64,000 nucleotides of DNA from Anthoceros angustus (GCA_010909165.1 VJWM01000287.1:1-64000), one strand, 5' to 3'; shown: positions 25,997 through 38,596, numbered from the stretch's first letter. The notes: generated from the letters alone by a model not told the origin. Numbers and translations are program-made.

Positions 25997-26316
25997 GTGC
26001 TTTATTAAATACCAGCGCAACTCATCGTGTCTCGGGGTATCACAGCTACCGCCGGCCATCACGACGCCGCGGCGACGCTGCCGCTTCACGCACCTCAAAC
26101 GGATGAAAGCACGCTTGTCCAGCGCCGACCAGACGTGAACTGCATTGTCAAGATGCTCCTCCTACTTCACTACCCATCCTTCCGCCACCGCCACGAGCAC
26201 GGTTTGCTACCGTGCTCTAGCACCTTCCCCTGCACCCTTCAATGTCGGCATCTTTGGAATGTTTCCTCGTTTGTGCACACGGCCTCCCTCACCTACCGTC
26301 CTTGTTGCCCATTTAA

Positions 26317-26976
26317 TTGTGGATGGTGGCTTTGCAGGCATTGGCGGAAGTGGACTTGGCAATGGCTGGAGAGCCGTTGGAGGCGGAGACCGCACCGCTT
26401 TCACATGGAGGATCATCCGTCGGACATGGGTTGATGCTGGACATATCGACGCCTCAATCGAGCCTCGTGGAACGCGAAGGTGCTCGCTGTTGCCGCCTTC
26501 CGCATACGAGAAAGATGCTCGCACGCCCCGCAAATTGGGAGGTGTTTGCTGGAGATCACGGAGTGGATGGATATGTTGCCGGATTTGGATATTCGGGATT
26601 GGTTTACACAGGAGCGCCAGACTTGGTGGGTCCTGTATTCAGCTGTGCAGAGACGGTGCGGGCTGCCGCCTTAAATGTCGTATTGCACGTTATTAACACC
26701 GTCCAGTTGTTTTGGAGTGAAAAACTGTACATCCTCCATTATGGAAGGGCGAGAGAAGTAGGATGTGAGTTGAGCTGGTTGACACGGTTCGTTCCAGAGA
26801 CACCCTTATGTTTTGATGCCACAAAGGCCCTTGCCTATGTCGCAAAGCAAATTGATTTCAATGACCGCTCAATCCCACCAATCCCGGCTCAATCCCCGCT
26901 CTCATATAATCCTAGTTTCATTGTGCATGCCGCCCGCCGGCGCGACTGTCCCATGTATCCATGTATCGAGCGATGA
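26317..26976 (+). CDS. Unknown ORF inside CACTA (219 codons, non-ATG start; probably the 3' part of a frameshifted gene)
   Basis: Long open frame with globular-protein-like composition; no family recognised. Confidence 0.35.
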   Translation: MWMVALQALAEVDLAMAGEPLEAETAPLSHGGSSVGHGLMLDISTPQSSLVEREGARCCRLPHTRKMLARPANWEVFAGDHGVDGYVAGFGYSGLVYTGAPDLVGPVFSCAETVRAAALNVVLHVINTVQLFWSEKLYILHYGRAREVGCELSWLTRFVPETPLCFDATKALAYVAKQIDFNDRSIPPIPAQSPLSYNPSFIVHAARRRDCPMYPCIER

Positions 26977-26999
26977 AAGCGCAACCTTGTAAATCAAAT

Positions 27000-29003
27000 C
27001 CTTCATTTGCCTGCCTCCGCCCGATGGTGGAGGTCAGAGTGGGCATTGCCATCCCCACTTCAAGGTGGAGAGGATAAGATACACTGCGTCACTTGATGCG
27101 GCCATATGAATGGTGTGTCCATGCTTATCCGGGCGGTACGACGCGGAATACAAGGTCAAACTAAAATTTCAATGGGACCTTTTATACTGAATCTTCCATT
27201 TGGGTTGCACTCATACCACTTAACCTTCAAGATAAGAGGTTCATAAATCGCCATTGAGAACTATCACTTAATATCCAAGCCCGAAGGAAGCCAAGTGTCC
27301 ATGTCCTTGCTTAATTTCGATGGTACATCTGTAAGAAAGGATCCATAACCGTGGTGTGTAACAGCACGAAGGTGTGGACTTGGTGCAACTCCGCGTGGTA
27401 AATTTGTATGCTCATCCATCCCTAAGGTCTTCGTGGGCATCCCTGCTCCACGCCGCCAAATATGGTCTAACTGAGGATAATGCTGCCAAAGATACGACTT
27501 CGCATATTGCAAAGATTCATCTACGGCGTAACCTTTTTATCGCCCTCACGGTTTGCTATGTTGTCGGATTGTTCCTTTCCTGCTTCCCAGATACCTTTCA
27601 ACGGGATACATCCATCACACGTGAACCGGCCCTAGAGCTGCAACCTCATCCACCAAGTGGATTATGACATGGGTCGAGATGTCGAACAAGTTGGGTGGGA
27701 ATTCTCTTTCCAACTCACACATCACCCTGATGCACTCTTGTTGCATTCTCCCAACCTCATGGCCCGGTATTCTTCGCTGGCATATCCACCGATAAAGTTT
27801 GCTGAGTCCGGCCACTGCTTTATATACGGATGGTTTGATTCGACCTCGCAAAACAATTGGAAAATAAATCTCCATGAGTATATGCCAATCATGGGCTTTC
27901 AAATTCTCAAATTTTACCAAGAGACATCTTTGTCAGAATGTTTTGACGTGACATCCGAGGTAACCTTATTGCTTGCATTTCCAAAAACCAAATCCAAGTC
28001 CGGCTTCGAGAGGACATAGGGAGTCAGTAAACGCTTCCTGCTCCCCCGCGAAGGCCATAGCTCCTTCTTTCCCCATATTGTTCCATGTCTAAGCGTGATC
28101 TAATATCATCTTTCTCCCTATGAAGGTGCCACAGAGCCTCCGCATTGTTCTTTTCAACGTGCATGACATCTTTCTGTGCCCACTTAAGCATATACCTCCA
28201 ATACGGCAGATATTCAAACCATAAAGACCGCCAAGGTCCCGAACTTGCCCCTTTCCCTCAACTCTCTCACTGTTGCAACCTCTCTCCTGTCCATATCCTG
28301 CATGAGGTCATCATAGGAGGGGGGTTGTGGGCGGGAACGCTCTCCTCTTCATTATTGTAACGATCCAAGTCCAGCCTCCGCATTGGATGGTTGGGCGGAA
28401 GCCACCGCCGGGATCCAAGGTACTCCTCCTTTTGTACGTGGTTGGCCCAACGAGAGTGCAACGTACCCCAACAATCTACACATGCCCTAGAACCCTTCAC
28501 TTGAAAGCCTGTTAGTGTACCGATTCCCGGATAATCAGCTATGGTGTAAGATCTGCGGCTCGCAACCTGAAACGCCATCTAGGATCTTCCGATGGGAGAG
28601 AAAAGTCTTCCATAGGGATCCCATGCCATAGGTCTTTTAGCTCCAAGAGGTTCTAGGTAAACATCAAAGTTAGGCACAATATGGGGACCGGGACGATAAG
28701 GGGCATGATGATATGACTTTTGTGCTAAGCCATGGCGGTAGGTTGTGCAAAAAGCATTACAGCCAAATGGATGTCGTACGACCTCGTGTCCAAAAGGTTA
28801 AATTCTGCTCAGAGCGAGCCGATGTTCCGGGTTCACTACCAAAGCCATCCAATCCATCAAGAGCCTCCCATGCCGTGTATGCGCCATTATGCCCATGGAG
28901 CCATCACAACCCGGAGTTCGTGTAGGATGTCATCAATCACTGGCGGGTGCTCTAAAAACTGCTTGAGCCTATCCTTCAAAGGGAAATGCCACATGACCTT
29001 TCG
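27000..29003 (-). pseudogene. tnpD: CACTA TnpD transposase, frameshifted and 5' truncated
   Basis: RKVMWHFPLKDRL, TIADYPGIG, DVMHVEKN, NLKAHDWHILM, CELEREFPPNLFDISTH..IHLVDE..LGPVH. Confidence 0.93.
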
Positions 29004-31455
29004 ACCGTTCGGCGAGCGCGAGGACACGGAGGCCAGAAAAACGCAGTGAGATCTCCGCCACCTTATGAAGGAGGAGGAGGCGGAGGGCTCACACCGGCCG
29101 ACTGGCGCCCTACCGCCCAAATGACCGAGGTTTCCACCAAGGCAAAGACAGCGGAAGCCACGGCAAGGCCCACAGTGACGACGCGGATCGAACTTGGAGG
29201 GAGCCCGGCATGGGTAGCTGCTGCCAACCTCAAGGCCGAAAGGTGCAGCAATGGCCGGAGCCGGCGAGGAGGCACTAGAGGTCAAGACCCGGGAGATCGG
29301 GGACCCTGTGGTGCAAACAGGAGGTAGAAGGCGGCGGGAGGCGGAGGACAAGAAGGATACCTTGGGTTGCAACTCCAAGGACGCAGTTAGGGGTTCTCAA
29401 CGAGAATCCAAGACTTCGAGCGAGAGATAGAACGCCTCCAGCTCCGCTGAGCGGAGGAGAATAGGCGCGGCAAGGAGTTCGACGCCGGCCGCAGCAGGAG
29501 GTGGAGGAAGCCGTGAGTCGACGGGATACCGCCCACCGAGAAGGAAGTAGCGGACCTCGGGAAAGAGTAGGCGGAGGAGGAAAGCACGGAGGAGAAGCAA
29601 CGGCCGCCGTCCGGCCTGAAGTAGGGGAGCTCACCCATGGCCCGCAAATCAAGTGAGCTGGAACAACGACGGAGGAGGAGAACGCCGAGCAGCCGGCGCA
29701 GAGGTGACGGAGGCCGCCTTAACGGCATCAAGGGAGTCCGCCCGCCTACAGCTGGTAAGCTTGGCCACGGAGACGGGCCAGCAGGCCGGACGACATGCCC
29801 AGCTGCCGGAGCACCTCTGGAGGAGGGAGTACCGGGTGCTCCGGGCTCATGTGGAAGAGGCGATTCAGCAAGTCGATTCCGACTTTGCCTACTACCACGC
29901 AGATCTCCTCAAGGCTCTGGAGGTCTTGCGCCACCCTAGGCAGAGGGTGGACTCAAGGGTCGGAAGGAGGAGGAGGAGGAGGCGGAGGAGGAGGAGGCGG
30001 AGGAGGAGGAGGCGGAGGAGGAGGAGGAGGCGGAGGAGGAGGAGGAGGAGCCGGAGGAGGAAGGGTCGCACACGAGGTAAGCACTGCACCTCACATGGAA
30101 GGAAGGAGGAGGATCTTGGGAGGCTGCGGAAAGGGCGAACCGGCATTCGGGAACCAAGGGAGGGCTCGGTGGATGAGCCGTGATCGCCCGTGAGGAGGCG
30201 AGGAGGCACTAGAGGTCCGGACTTTGTCCGAAAGGCCGGACCCCGGAGGAAGAGCCGGACCTAGAGGTCCGGACTTAGAGATCCAAACTCTAGTGGAGTC
30301 CGAACCGAGGTCCTGACCTGTGGAAGGGGTCCGTAAGACCGGACCTCAGAGGCAAGTCCGACCCCGAGGTCCGGACTCGAGGAAGGGGTCGGAAGGAGGA
30401 GGCCGGACCCCGGAGGAAGAGCCGGACCTAGAGGTCCGGACTGAGTCGAGACGGGGTCCCGAGGTCCAGACTAGGGAGTGGGGAGAGCCACCAATCACGG
30501 CCCAGTTAGATCCAGCCTGGAGGCCCATTGCGGGGCCCGAGAGATAAGAGAGGAGGCGAGGAGGACTTAGTGAGATTGCTGCTGTCGCCGCCGCCAGCGG
30601 CGCGCCTCTATGCACTCCCCTGGAAGAGGAAGGGTCCCGCCTCGCGGATCATCCGATTGCGCCCGTCATAGGGCTCGGCTTTGGGCCGCCGTGCCAAGAA
30701 GAAACCGGGGCCATCCAGCCCCACCATCGTGGCGATAGGAGGAATAGGAGGATAGTAGGCGGCGGTTAGGGCTGGTGGTCCTCGGCTCGAATAGAGTGCG
30801 AGCACAGCCAGCTGGGCGTGATATAAGACGAGGCTGAAATTGCTGAATAAATCATCTTCTCTTGGTGTTGATCGCGTTTTCTTGCGGACCCTTGTCGTCT
30901 TCTTGCTAGCGTGAGTCTGAGTCAGCGGCGAGCCACAAGCTCGGAGAGTGACCCATCAAGGTCTTGGTGGCCGGACCCTAACGTGTGGTGGTGTGTGCGG
31001 GGAAGGCGGCGGGGACCCTTGTTCGTCCAGGCGGCGGCGGCGTCGAATGGGCCACACGGAAGTCGTGTGAGCCGGAGGAACAAGATCTCTTGAGCCCGGA
31101 CGAGAGGCTGCCAGCGACCGGCAGTGAGGAGTCGGGCAGCTATCAACCGTCATTTCCCAAGGTTGATGAGTGTAGTGAGAGCGGTGAGAGGAACGGACTA
31201 GAGGAACGAGTGGCGAGTGTGAACGATACGGACGCAAACGGGTCCTTAAACGTTTGGCCACACCGGGCCTGATCGGTGGACGTTACGAGTAGTTAGGCGT
31301 AAAATAACGAATGTGTGTGTTAAGGCTGAGCGGCCACAAGGTGAGGTGAGGTGAGAATCGAACAAAACGCGGCAAATGGAGCTTATCATTCTCTTGGGAG
31401 CGGACTCCTTACTACAACGACGGATTGTGCGCCTTTGACCGTCAAATGCGCCACA
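29004..31455 (+). mobile_element. Orphan-ORF element copy C (3' half of ORF plus Y terminus)
   Basis: RAHVEEAIQQVDSDFAYYHADLLKALE, AATAAA at ~30846, end ...gcgcCACA. Inverted homologue of 31668-33500. Confidence 0.8.
29964..30062 (+). repeat. (GGA/GGC)n trinucleotide tract
   Basis: About 33 triplets; probably poly-Glu/Ala in the element ORF. Confidence 0.95.
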
Positions 31456-31667
31456 ACGCTAACGAATTTTTTTAGACGAACCCCCGGGACGGAGACAATC
31501 CGCAGAGTTCCAAATCAGGGAGCCGATGCAACCTCCCAAGAGCTCGTGAGTAATGTAAGAAGGGGAGGATGCGGGAGCACAAGCTAGCAAACGCAGGAGT
31601 TTCAAAATTGGCGACAAGCTAATCCACCGGCCATTCTGGAGATGCGAGAGGCGGTGTGTGGAAGAAG
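31456..31667 (+). mobile_element. ~210-bp G1 fragment (post-integrase region) between copies C and A
   Basis: Matches the reverse complement of ~630-830 (ttttagacgaacc; gatgcaacctcccaagagctcgt; aacgcaggagtttcaaa). Confidence 0.85.
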
Positions 31668-33199
31668 TGTGGCGCGACTTTCGTTGGTGGCCGGAGGCAC
31701 CTGATCCGTGTCGTTGTAGTAGAGTCAGTTCGAGAGAATGGCTCCGGTTTGCCGCGTTCGTGGTACTGCTGCGTCCGCTCAGCAACACACGCATCGTCGT
31801 TTTGCGTCTAACTACTCATAACGCGATCAACAGCCCGGCGTGGCTAAAATGTTTAAGGGACCTGCTTTGGCTCCAGATCGCTTCCACGCCGCCACTGCCC
31901 TTAAGTCCGCTCTCTCACTACTCACTACGCTCATCAACCTTAGAAAGAACGCAGTGGCTACAACCGACCTCCTCCGTTGCTCAACCGGGCCTCTCCGTCC
32001 GGCTCAGACGCCTCCCGAGTTCCTCCGGCTCACACGCTCCGGCCCGGCTCGACCGGGCCGCTGCCTGACGTAACACGGTCCCGCCTTCCTTGCACACCAC
32101 CACCACACGTTAGGGTCCGTCACTGTGACCTTGACTGCCTCCTGGAGTCGCCGTGCTCGCCGCTGACTCGTGACTCACGTTAGCATGAAGACACACAAAG
32201 GTCTCGCAAAGAACGCAAGATCAACACCAAGAGAAGATGATTTATTCTGAGCATTTCATTTCTTATACTACCAAGTCATGCCTTTATTACACTTATTCGA
32301 GCTCGGCCCCGGCCCCTAATCCGCGCCTACCATCCTATTCCTCCTCCTATCTCCTTCGGCCGGTGGCCTGGAAGGTCCTGGTTCCGTCTCGGGATTGGTG
32401 GTCCAACTCCTCCTCGGCTAGCCATGGGCAAGCACTCAATCGGATGATCCGAGGCGGACCCCTTCCTCTTCCCTAATCTGCCGTTATTACGGCGGTCCAC
32501 GACTGGCCACACACAACGCTGCCCCTCCGCCCCCCTCAAGGTCCCCTCCCGTAGGGCCACCGACTGCCCCCAACAGAAGCCTCGGAGGGACTCCTCCTTG
32601 CTTCCCGAGTCCGACCCCGAGGTCCTGCCTCGACCCCGAGTCCCAACTCGGGAGTCCGCTTGATTCCGAGTCCGGGTCCGGCCTCATCTCGGGTTCGACC
32701 GTGGTCCGAACTTGACACGGGGTCCGTCCCAAGCTCCGGACCCCTTATCTCAAGGACCTCTTAATCGCTAGGTCCTCATCCCTACCCACCGACCCTTGTC
32801 TTGGGTGGGTTGGCTTCCTTCCGCGCCTTCGTGGCCTATCCTCCCGGCGGGTTGCGGTGGACTTACCACGAGATCCGCTATTGGCTGGCGCCCCTCCTCC
32901 CGAGGCTCTTCTCCCGTCGTCTCCAAGCAGGGGCCACTAGGGTCCCGTCTTGTCCCCATGCCCTTCATCCCTTCTCGAGCCTTCCGGGTCCGCCCATGTG
33001 TAGGGGCGCCGAGAGGCTTCCAATGCCTTAAGGAGCTCGGCGTGGTAGTAGGCAAAATCCGAGTCAATTCTTTGGATTGCCTCTTCCACATGTGCCCGAG
33101 CACCGATACCTTTCGCCATTGGTGCTCCGGAGCCGAGCGGCCGTCCGGCTTGGACCATCCCCGCCAGTAGCCGGAGCCGGGCCGACCTCGGTTACAAGG

Positions 33200-34090
33200 G
33201 CCGCCTCGTCACCTCCTCGCCTCTGGGCCGCCTCCTCGCCTCTGGGCCGCCTCCTTCCGCCTTCCTCCTCGCCTCTGGGCCGCCTCGGCCGCCTCCTTCC
33301 GCCTTCCTTAATCGACCACAGCTTTTCTACCCAAGGTTTCGCCTCCTCGCTTATTCCTCGCCAGCTCCGCCATCTCCTCCATCGGGCAACCAGATTGCGG
33401 CTTCGCCCAGTCCTTCTCCATTTCCGACGCCCGCCTCCTGCTCCATCGCCTTACTCCTCCGTCAAGCCGAGCCGCTTATTCTCGCTCGATCCGTGATCAC
33501 GCCTGCAGATACCATTCCTCTCAATGGTAACTTGAGCCTAGCCTGTGGTCTCTTTGCGGTCTTCCATCTCCCCGGCCGTTGTTCCACCACGCAGAATCGA
33601 GTCCCGGAGATCCTCCATCTCCTTGTCGCGGGCTTCCTTCTCCTCGGCATGGGTGGCACCGCCTTCCTCCTCGCCTCTGGGCCGCCTCGCCTTCTTCGTG
33701 TTAGCCAGCAGCTATCCTCGCTCCTCCACCGGCCCGATCACGCCGATAGTGATCACGGGCAGTGGCTCCGCCTCCTCGCCTCTGGGCCGCCTCCTCGCCT
33801 CTGGGCCGCCTCCTGCTCCATCGCCTCTGGGCCGCCTCCTCCGCCGCCTCCTCGCCTCTGGGCCGCCTCCTCCGCCTCCTCGCCTCTGGGCCGCCTCCTC
33901 CGCCTCCTCCGCCTGCAGAGGTCTTCAACTGGGCCTTGTACCGCCACACCACTGAGTGAATTTAGTCCGTCCGCCGAATGGACCAGATTTTCGCCTCCTC
34001 CGCCTCCTGCTCCTTCTTGATGCGGCCGAGCTTCGCCTCCTCCGCCTCCTCGCCTCTGGGCCGCCTCCTCCCGAGGAGCACCATCGCCTC
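33200..34090 (-). repeat. ~18-19-nt repeat cggcccagaggcgaggagg (coiled-coil EAAQRREE-like)
   Basis: More than 10 copies in clusters at 33200-33300 and 33660-34090. Confidence 0.9.
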
Positions 34091-35669
34091 TGGTGGCTTC
34101 TACTTCACAGGTCTTCTCGCTGTCCCGCAGACCCCAAAGCATACCGCCCATGACGGTAGCTGTGACCCGCTGTCTCTTCCACGGCCGCCACCGTGAGACC
34201 CCAAAGTCCGTAGTGGGAGGCGGGCATCTCACGGCCAAGGACCTCCACACTGCCCGGAGCAAGTCGACTGGTTCTCGACCTAATCGGGCCCCTTAGGTCC
34301 GATTGCCGAGGTCCCGAGCTTCACCTCCTTGGCCCTCTTGGCCGCCAATTCCTTATTCGCCTCTTCGCCCTGGGGCCCTGAGGTGAGGGTTCGAGCCGAC
34401 CTTGCCTCTCCTACGCGATGGACTGTGGGGTTGCCGCTGACCGCCCTGAGCGTCCCTTTCGCTCTTCTCACCGCCTCTTCAGCCTCTTACACCTGCAAGG
34501 TGGGCAGAGGCTGTGCACCACCGAGGTGTCATGGTGGCACCGCCTCCGCCCGTGCCCGGCGAGTCTGCCGGGCCTCCTCGCCTCTGGTGGCTGGCTGCTG
34601 CCGTGGCCGCCTCGCCAGACCGGCCGCCCGGCTGGGGCATCAAGAGGAGGAAGCGGGGATATCTTCCACACTTCCCTAGGTGGTGAGGGGTCCGCCTGCA
34701 CGATGGAGTCCTGTAAGATCCTTCCTCCTCCGCCGCCTCCTCCGGACCCGTTTGGCCCTAGGGGTCGGGCCTCCTCAGCGCCTTTGCCCGCCTCGCCTGT
34801 AGGGCCACCAACCCTTCCGAGCGCCCGCCTACCTCCCCATCCTTGAGCTCGTAATGTCCCCATACATGGATCGGGTATGGGGATAGTCCGGACGGCGGTG
34901 GCTTCTCGCCTCACAGGCCTCCTCGCCGAACCGCGAAGATGATCCTTCTCACGCCTTCTTGCCTCACCGCAACGCATGCAGAACACTAAGAATTATCACC
35001 AAGGTGATCCACCTTGGTGAGCAAGTTCCGATGGACAATGATCCGGCTACCGCCTCACCCTTCCGCCCAGCTGATATCAACCACCGTTGGTTGTCCGGCC
35101 GCTGCCCGGCTTCAAAGATCGCCCACGCCTATCTCGCCTTGAGGGGCCTCGACCACGCCCATCCTCCTCCTGGGCGAGGCCGCCTGTGACCTCCAAGGTC
35201 CATCTCCTCGATCCTCCCGAGGTTCTTGGACGAACCTCCTTGTTGGCCGCCAACATCTTCCGGCGAACTCCCGACCAGACATCCAAACGCCCGCATGAAC
35301 ACGCCTATGCCACTCTTGACTAATCCTCCGCCTCCAAACCCATGGCCCAAAGTCCGGATAGCGCGGGTTACAATGTTGCGCTACTGTGTTCCATGGCTCC
35401 CATACCTCCATGACCTTTTGGGTCCCATCGCCTTCTTCTCCTTTCGTCAGAGATGGCCTCGAGACTGGCAGCGATGCGCCTCCGCTGCTCACGCCTCCAA
35501 CCTCAACGTGAGCCGCCAAGATGCCCGAGGCTCAAAGAGATAGCGCCAGAGGCCGGGTTGAGCGCAAGAGACGCGAGAATTGTCTCGAGGTCGCACAGAG
35601 AAACGACCTCCTCGCCGGCCGCGCTGCTGGAAGTAACTGCCAGGAGGTGCCTCTTCCGTCTGTGAATCG

Positions 35670-36029
35670 CTGCAGAGGTCCGATAGCTTACTCGACCTTA
35701 CGCCACAGACTCGGCCTACCGCCTGCAGCCCGCTGGGCGTGAATACCTATAACGGCCTGCGGCCCCAGCGTCTGTCGCTGCTGCATGCCCGACCTCCACT
35801 CGGGCGTCACGTGCGCCGCGCTCGATGTCTCACGACTCAACTTCCAAATTACTTTCCTGGCGTACTTATCTGTTTGACCGGGTGGGGTCGGACTTATCCT
35901 GCTACTTTGCGGTCCGGAGCTAAATCATAGTGGTACCGGGATCCGCACCACTCAGTCCCGAGTATACCCGAGCTCACCCCGAGCACCATCCGTGCTTATT
36001 CCTCCCTTTCCGCCTTATTTTACCTTTCA
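35670..36029 (+). repeat. LTR-like terminus X
   Basis: atagcttactc at the start, TATA-like ctataa at ~35747, end ccttattttacctttCA. Confidence 0.75.
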
Positions 36030-36059
36030 GATGATCGGACATCCTCGTCCCTTCCTTCA

Positions 36060-36340
36060 TCTTTAAGTCCACGGGAGTTGGAGTATGATAAACAGAAACA
36101 CCAAGCTTCACTTACGGTGGTTGGGACCTTACCAGGTGGTGCAGGTATATGAGAATGGAGTCGGGTTGACTGACAGTGGATGTTGTTGTTGTACCCCTCG
36201 GAGTAAGCGGGTGGCTGGTGAAAGAAGTACCATGCCTAGTGTTGGCGGGAAGGCACTTCACTTGTTGAGAAGGGGAGTATGTGGACCGCAGACTCTTCCT
36301 TGGGGTAGGAAATGAGTTAGGTTTTGTTTTTTTTCGGGAG
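36060..36340 (+). mobile_element. G2 gypsy integrase C-terminus, PPT and LTR start
   Basis: KLHLRWLGPYQVVQVYENG, then gagaaggggagta|TGTGGAC at 36280. Confidence 0.75.
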
Positions 36341-36599
36341 TTTCAACGACAAAAGGATTTGGAGGCACTTATAGAGAGACAAAGGCGTAAGCGGTTAGAT
36401 GCGTGTCTCAAGCAAGCAAAGCCCTTGAGATTGGAGGCGGAGAAATGTGGAGAGGCAAGAGTACACATTAAGCATCAAGAGAAACTCAAGCAGCAGAAAG
36501 AGCTGACAAGAGGTTCAAGATTGCAATGCGAAGACCGGAAGTGCATATGGCGTGGCATCGTAAAGAAGGGCGATCTCCCTCCTTCACATACTCCCGGTT

Positions 36600-37390
36600 C
36601 GAGGACCTAGATGCTGCGACTTCATGCTGATTTTGTACCGATTGCATCTCAGGTTTCGCCTCTTCCGTCCCTCCATGTATACAAACCCGAGCAGCCATTC
36701 CAATTGGCTTTCCTCATCGGTTAGTCGTCCTTCCATCATGACTCGGAGTGTTGGTATCTCAAATTCAACCGGCATGACTGGAGAATGCCCATAGGTTAAG
36801 TAATACGGAGTTCGTTGTGTGGTTACCATCTCCGCCGTCCTGAAAGATGGTAGCTTGGTATCCCAGTCGTGCGCATAATTTACCGTAAGCTTATTCAGGA
36901 TGCGGCAGATAAGTCCGTTGGTCTTCTCCATTAACCCATTGGCCTTCGGGTTGTATGGTGCCGTCTTGCGATGAGTTACACCGAAATAGTCCGTCATTGC
37001 AGCTATCACATCATTGAGGAAATGAGTCCCCTATCGCTACTAACCGCACCCGACATCCATACCGCGCGATGATGTTTTCGTGAGGAACTTTGCCACCGTG
37101 CTGCGAGTTAAAGTCCTTGTTGCCACTTCCACCCACACAGTGCAGATGATCAGGTGCCACAAGGATGTTACTTTTCAGTGTGCTTCACGAGGCCGAGTAG
37201 GTCCAACGTCGACACTTATTTTTCAAGCAGGCGCTAGTGCCTGGTGTGGGCACCGGCCATTGGAGTGGGTGGGGTAGGCTTCCCGATCCGGCCCGGTAAG
37301 CGTCGCACGCTCATTCGAGGCGGTGCATTTGTCGTAATGTAGTCGTCCTCGTCTAAGGGCCTTTCCAGCCAGCATGATTGATTTTCAGGT
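36600..37390 (-). pseudogene. Athila/Tat-like gypsy integrase core fragment
   Basis: IIARYGC, HFLNDVI, THRKTAPYNPKANGLMEKTN, TPYYLTYG..PVMPVEFEIPTLR. Confidence 0.88.
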
Positions 37391-37676
37391 TGATGGGGGT
37401 GGTGTAGAGAGATGTGACATTTTGGCCATTGTTTTACCCAATATAGTAAAATTCATTACAATATAGTAGAAAACATGCCAAGTGGGGTGAAAATGATCTA
37501 CATCAAGGTAGAAAACAGAACACTAGAGTAGAAAAAACGATGACCAAGTGAACGGTGCATCTAGTAGAAGCTCATTCTAGAAATCCCACCAAAATCGCTT
37601 AACTGGCACAAAACAGTATTGGTTAAATAATATTCATAGTGATACAAAAACCAACAAAGAAATCTTTTCTTTGCAG

Positions 37677-38140
37677 AGTTTCCTGTATATCCAGAATAGC
37701 ATGAAATACGAATTCAAGTAATGAAGAGTAAATACCATGAGCAGAAGAATGTGCCTCGAGATATGCCCACTGCTATCTGCGAAAATCCGTCAGGATTGGT
37801 AAGTTTTGTTATGCTCTTTAAATCAGTTCTAGTAGATTGAAAATTAATGGTTGTGTTTTATTAGGTTGTGACCCTGCAGGAAGACGGACAATTTGGGCGA
37901 AGTCCTCAACTTCATCAATTGGTTGCCAATTATGATAATGCCGGACAAGTGCCAACTGCCAAGTGGTCGTGGAAAATTACATTTTCAACTGTGAATTGTA
38001 CGCATCAAAATAAGGTGAGTATCATTGCTTAAGTATTTGTTATGATTATTCCTATTGTTTTCTAGTATCACCAATTATTGTTTGGGTGCTAATTTCGTTT
38101 TGTTTGTAGGTTTCATTGTTGTTGAAGCGGTTCAATCTAT
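37677..38140 (+). pseudogene. Spliced gene fragment (3 exons, phase-0 introns) cut by an LTR
   Basis: ttgcag|exon|gtaag...ttag|50 open codons|gtgagt...gtag|exon. One stop in exon 1; product unknown. Confidence 0.6.
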
Positions 38141-38596
38141 TGGAGTAGAAATAAGGCGGAAGGGAAAATAGGTCGGAGTACTCGGACTGCACTCGAGTAG
38201 GTTGAAGGACTGGAGTAGGCTAGCACTCGGAGCACACTCCGAGGAGCTTCCAGTTGCACTGAGGGCGGGGTCCAACCGCACAATGTCGGGGTCCGGACCT
38301 GCCCAGAACCAGGAGGTCGGGCCCTGCTGAGTAGGGGTGGTCCGGACCACACTCGAGCAGGACAGATAGAATGCGCCAGTAAGTAACTTAGAAGTTGGAG
38401 CGCGTTTTAGACAGAGCCACGTGACGGCCAGTCGAGAGGTGGGCCAGCATGCAGTGACTGTGAGCCCAGTAGGGTTGCCATGGCGTTATGGCGGGGCATT
38501 GTAAGATGCATGGCACAGAGGTACGGAAGCTAGAGTGCGCGCGTAGGCAGTAAGCGGAAGCATAAGGCGAGAGTAAGCTATGTGTGGAAGACCACA
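38141..38596 (-). repeat. LTR-like terminus X (456 bp, TGTGG...CA) preceded by a PPT
   Basis: Minus strand ggaggggcata|TGTGGTC ... ccttatttctactcCA. Confidence 0.8.

Larger units (their letters stand above)
22369..29003 (-). mobile_element. CACTA (En/Spm) DNA transposon, one end missing
   Basis: TIR CACTACTAGAAA at 22369, GTTAC/GTAAC subterminal repeats to ~22560, and TnpD motifs. No second TIR found. Confidence 0.9.
31668..36029 (+). mobile_element. Orphan-ORF element copy A (TGTGGCGCG...CA; ORF on the minus strand)
   Basis: Y terminus at 31668 and X terminus at 36029. Minus-strand ORF pieces RYPDFGPW, KMLAANKEV, EAAQRREE repeats and DSDFAYYH. Confidence 0.75.

Noticed and set aside
31670-31685. 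TGGCGCGAC as a tRNA-Arg/Lys PBS
   Set aside because: No LTR lies upstream in any of three copies, and host G1 sequence begins right before the TG, so it behaves as a terminus.
32700-35000. Many overlapping Pro/Ser/Arg-rich ORFs
   Set aside because: Artefacts of GC-rich low-complexity repeats; only the frame conserved between copies was kept.
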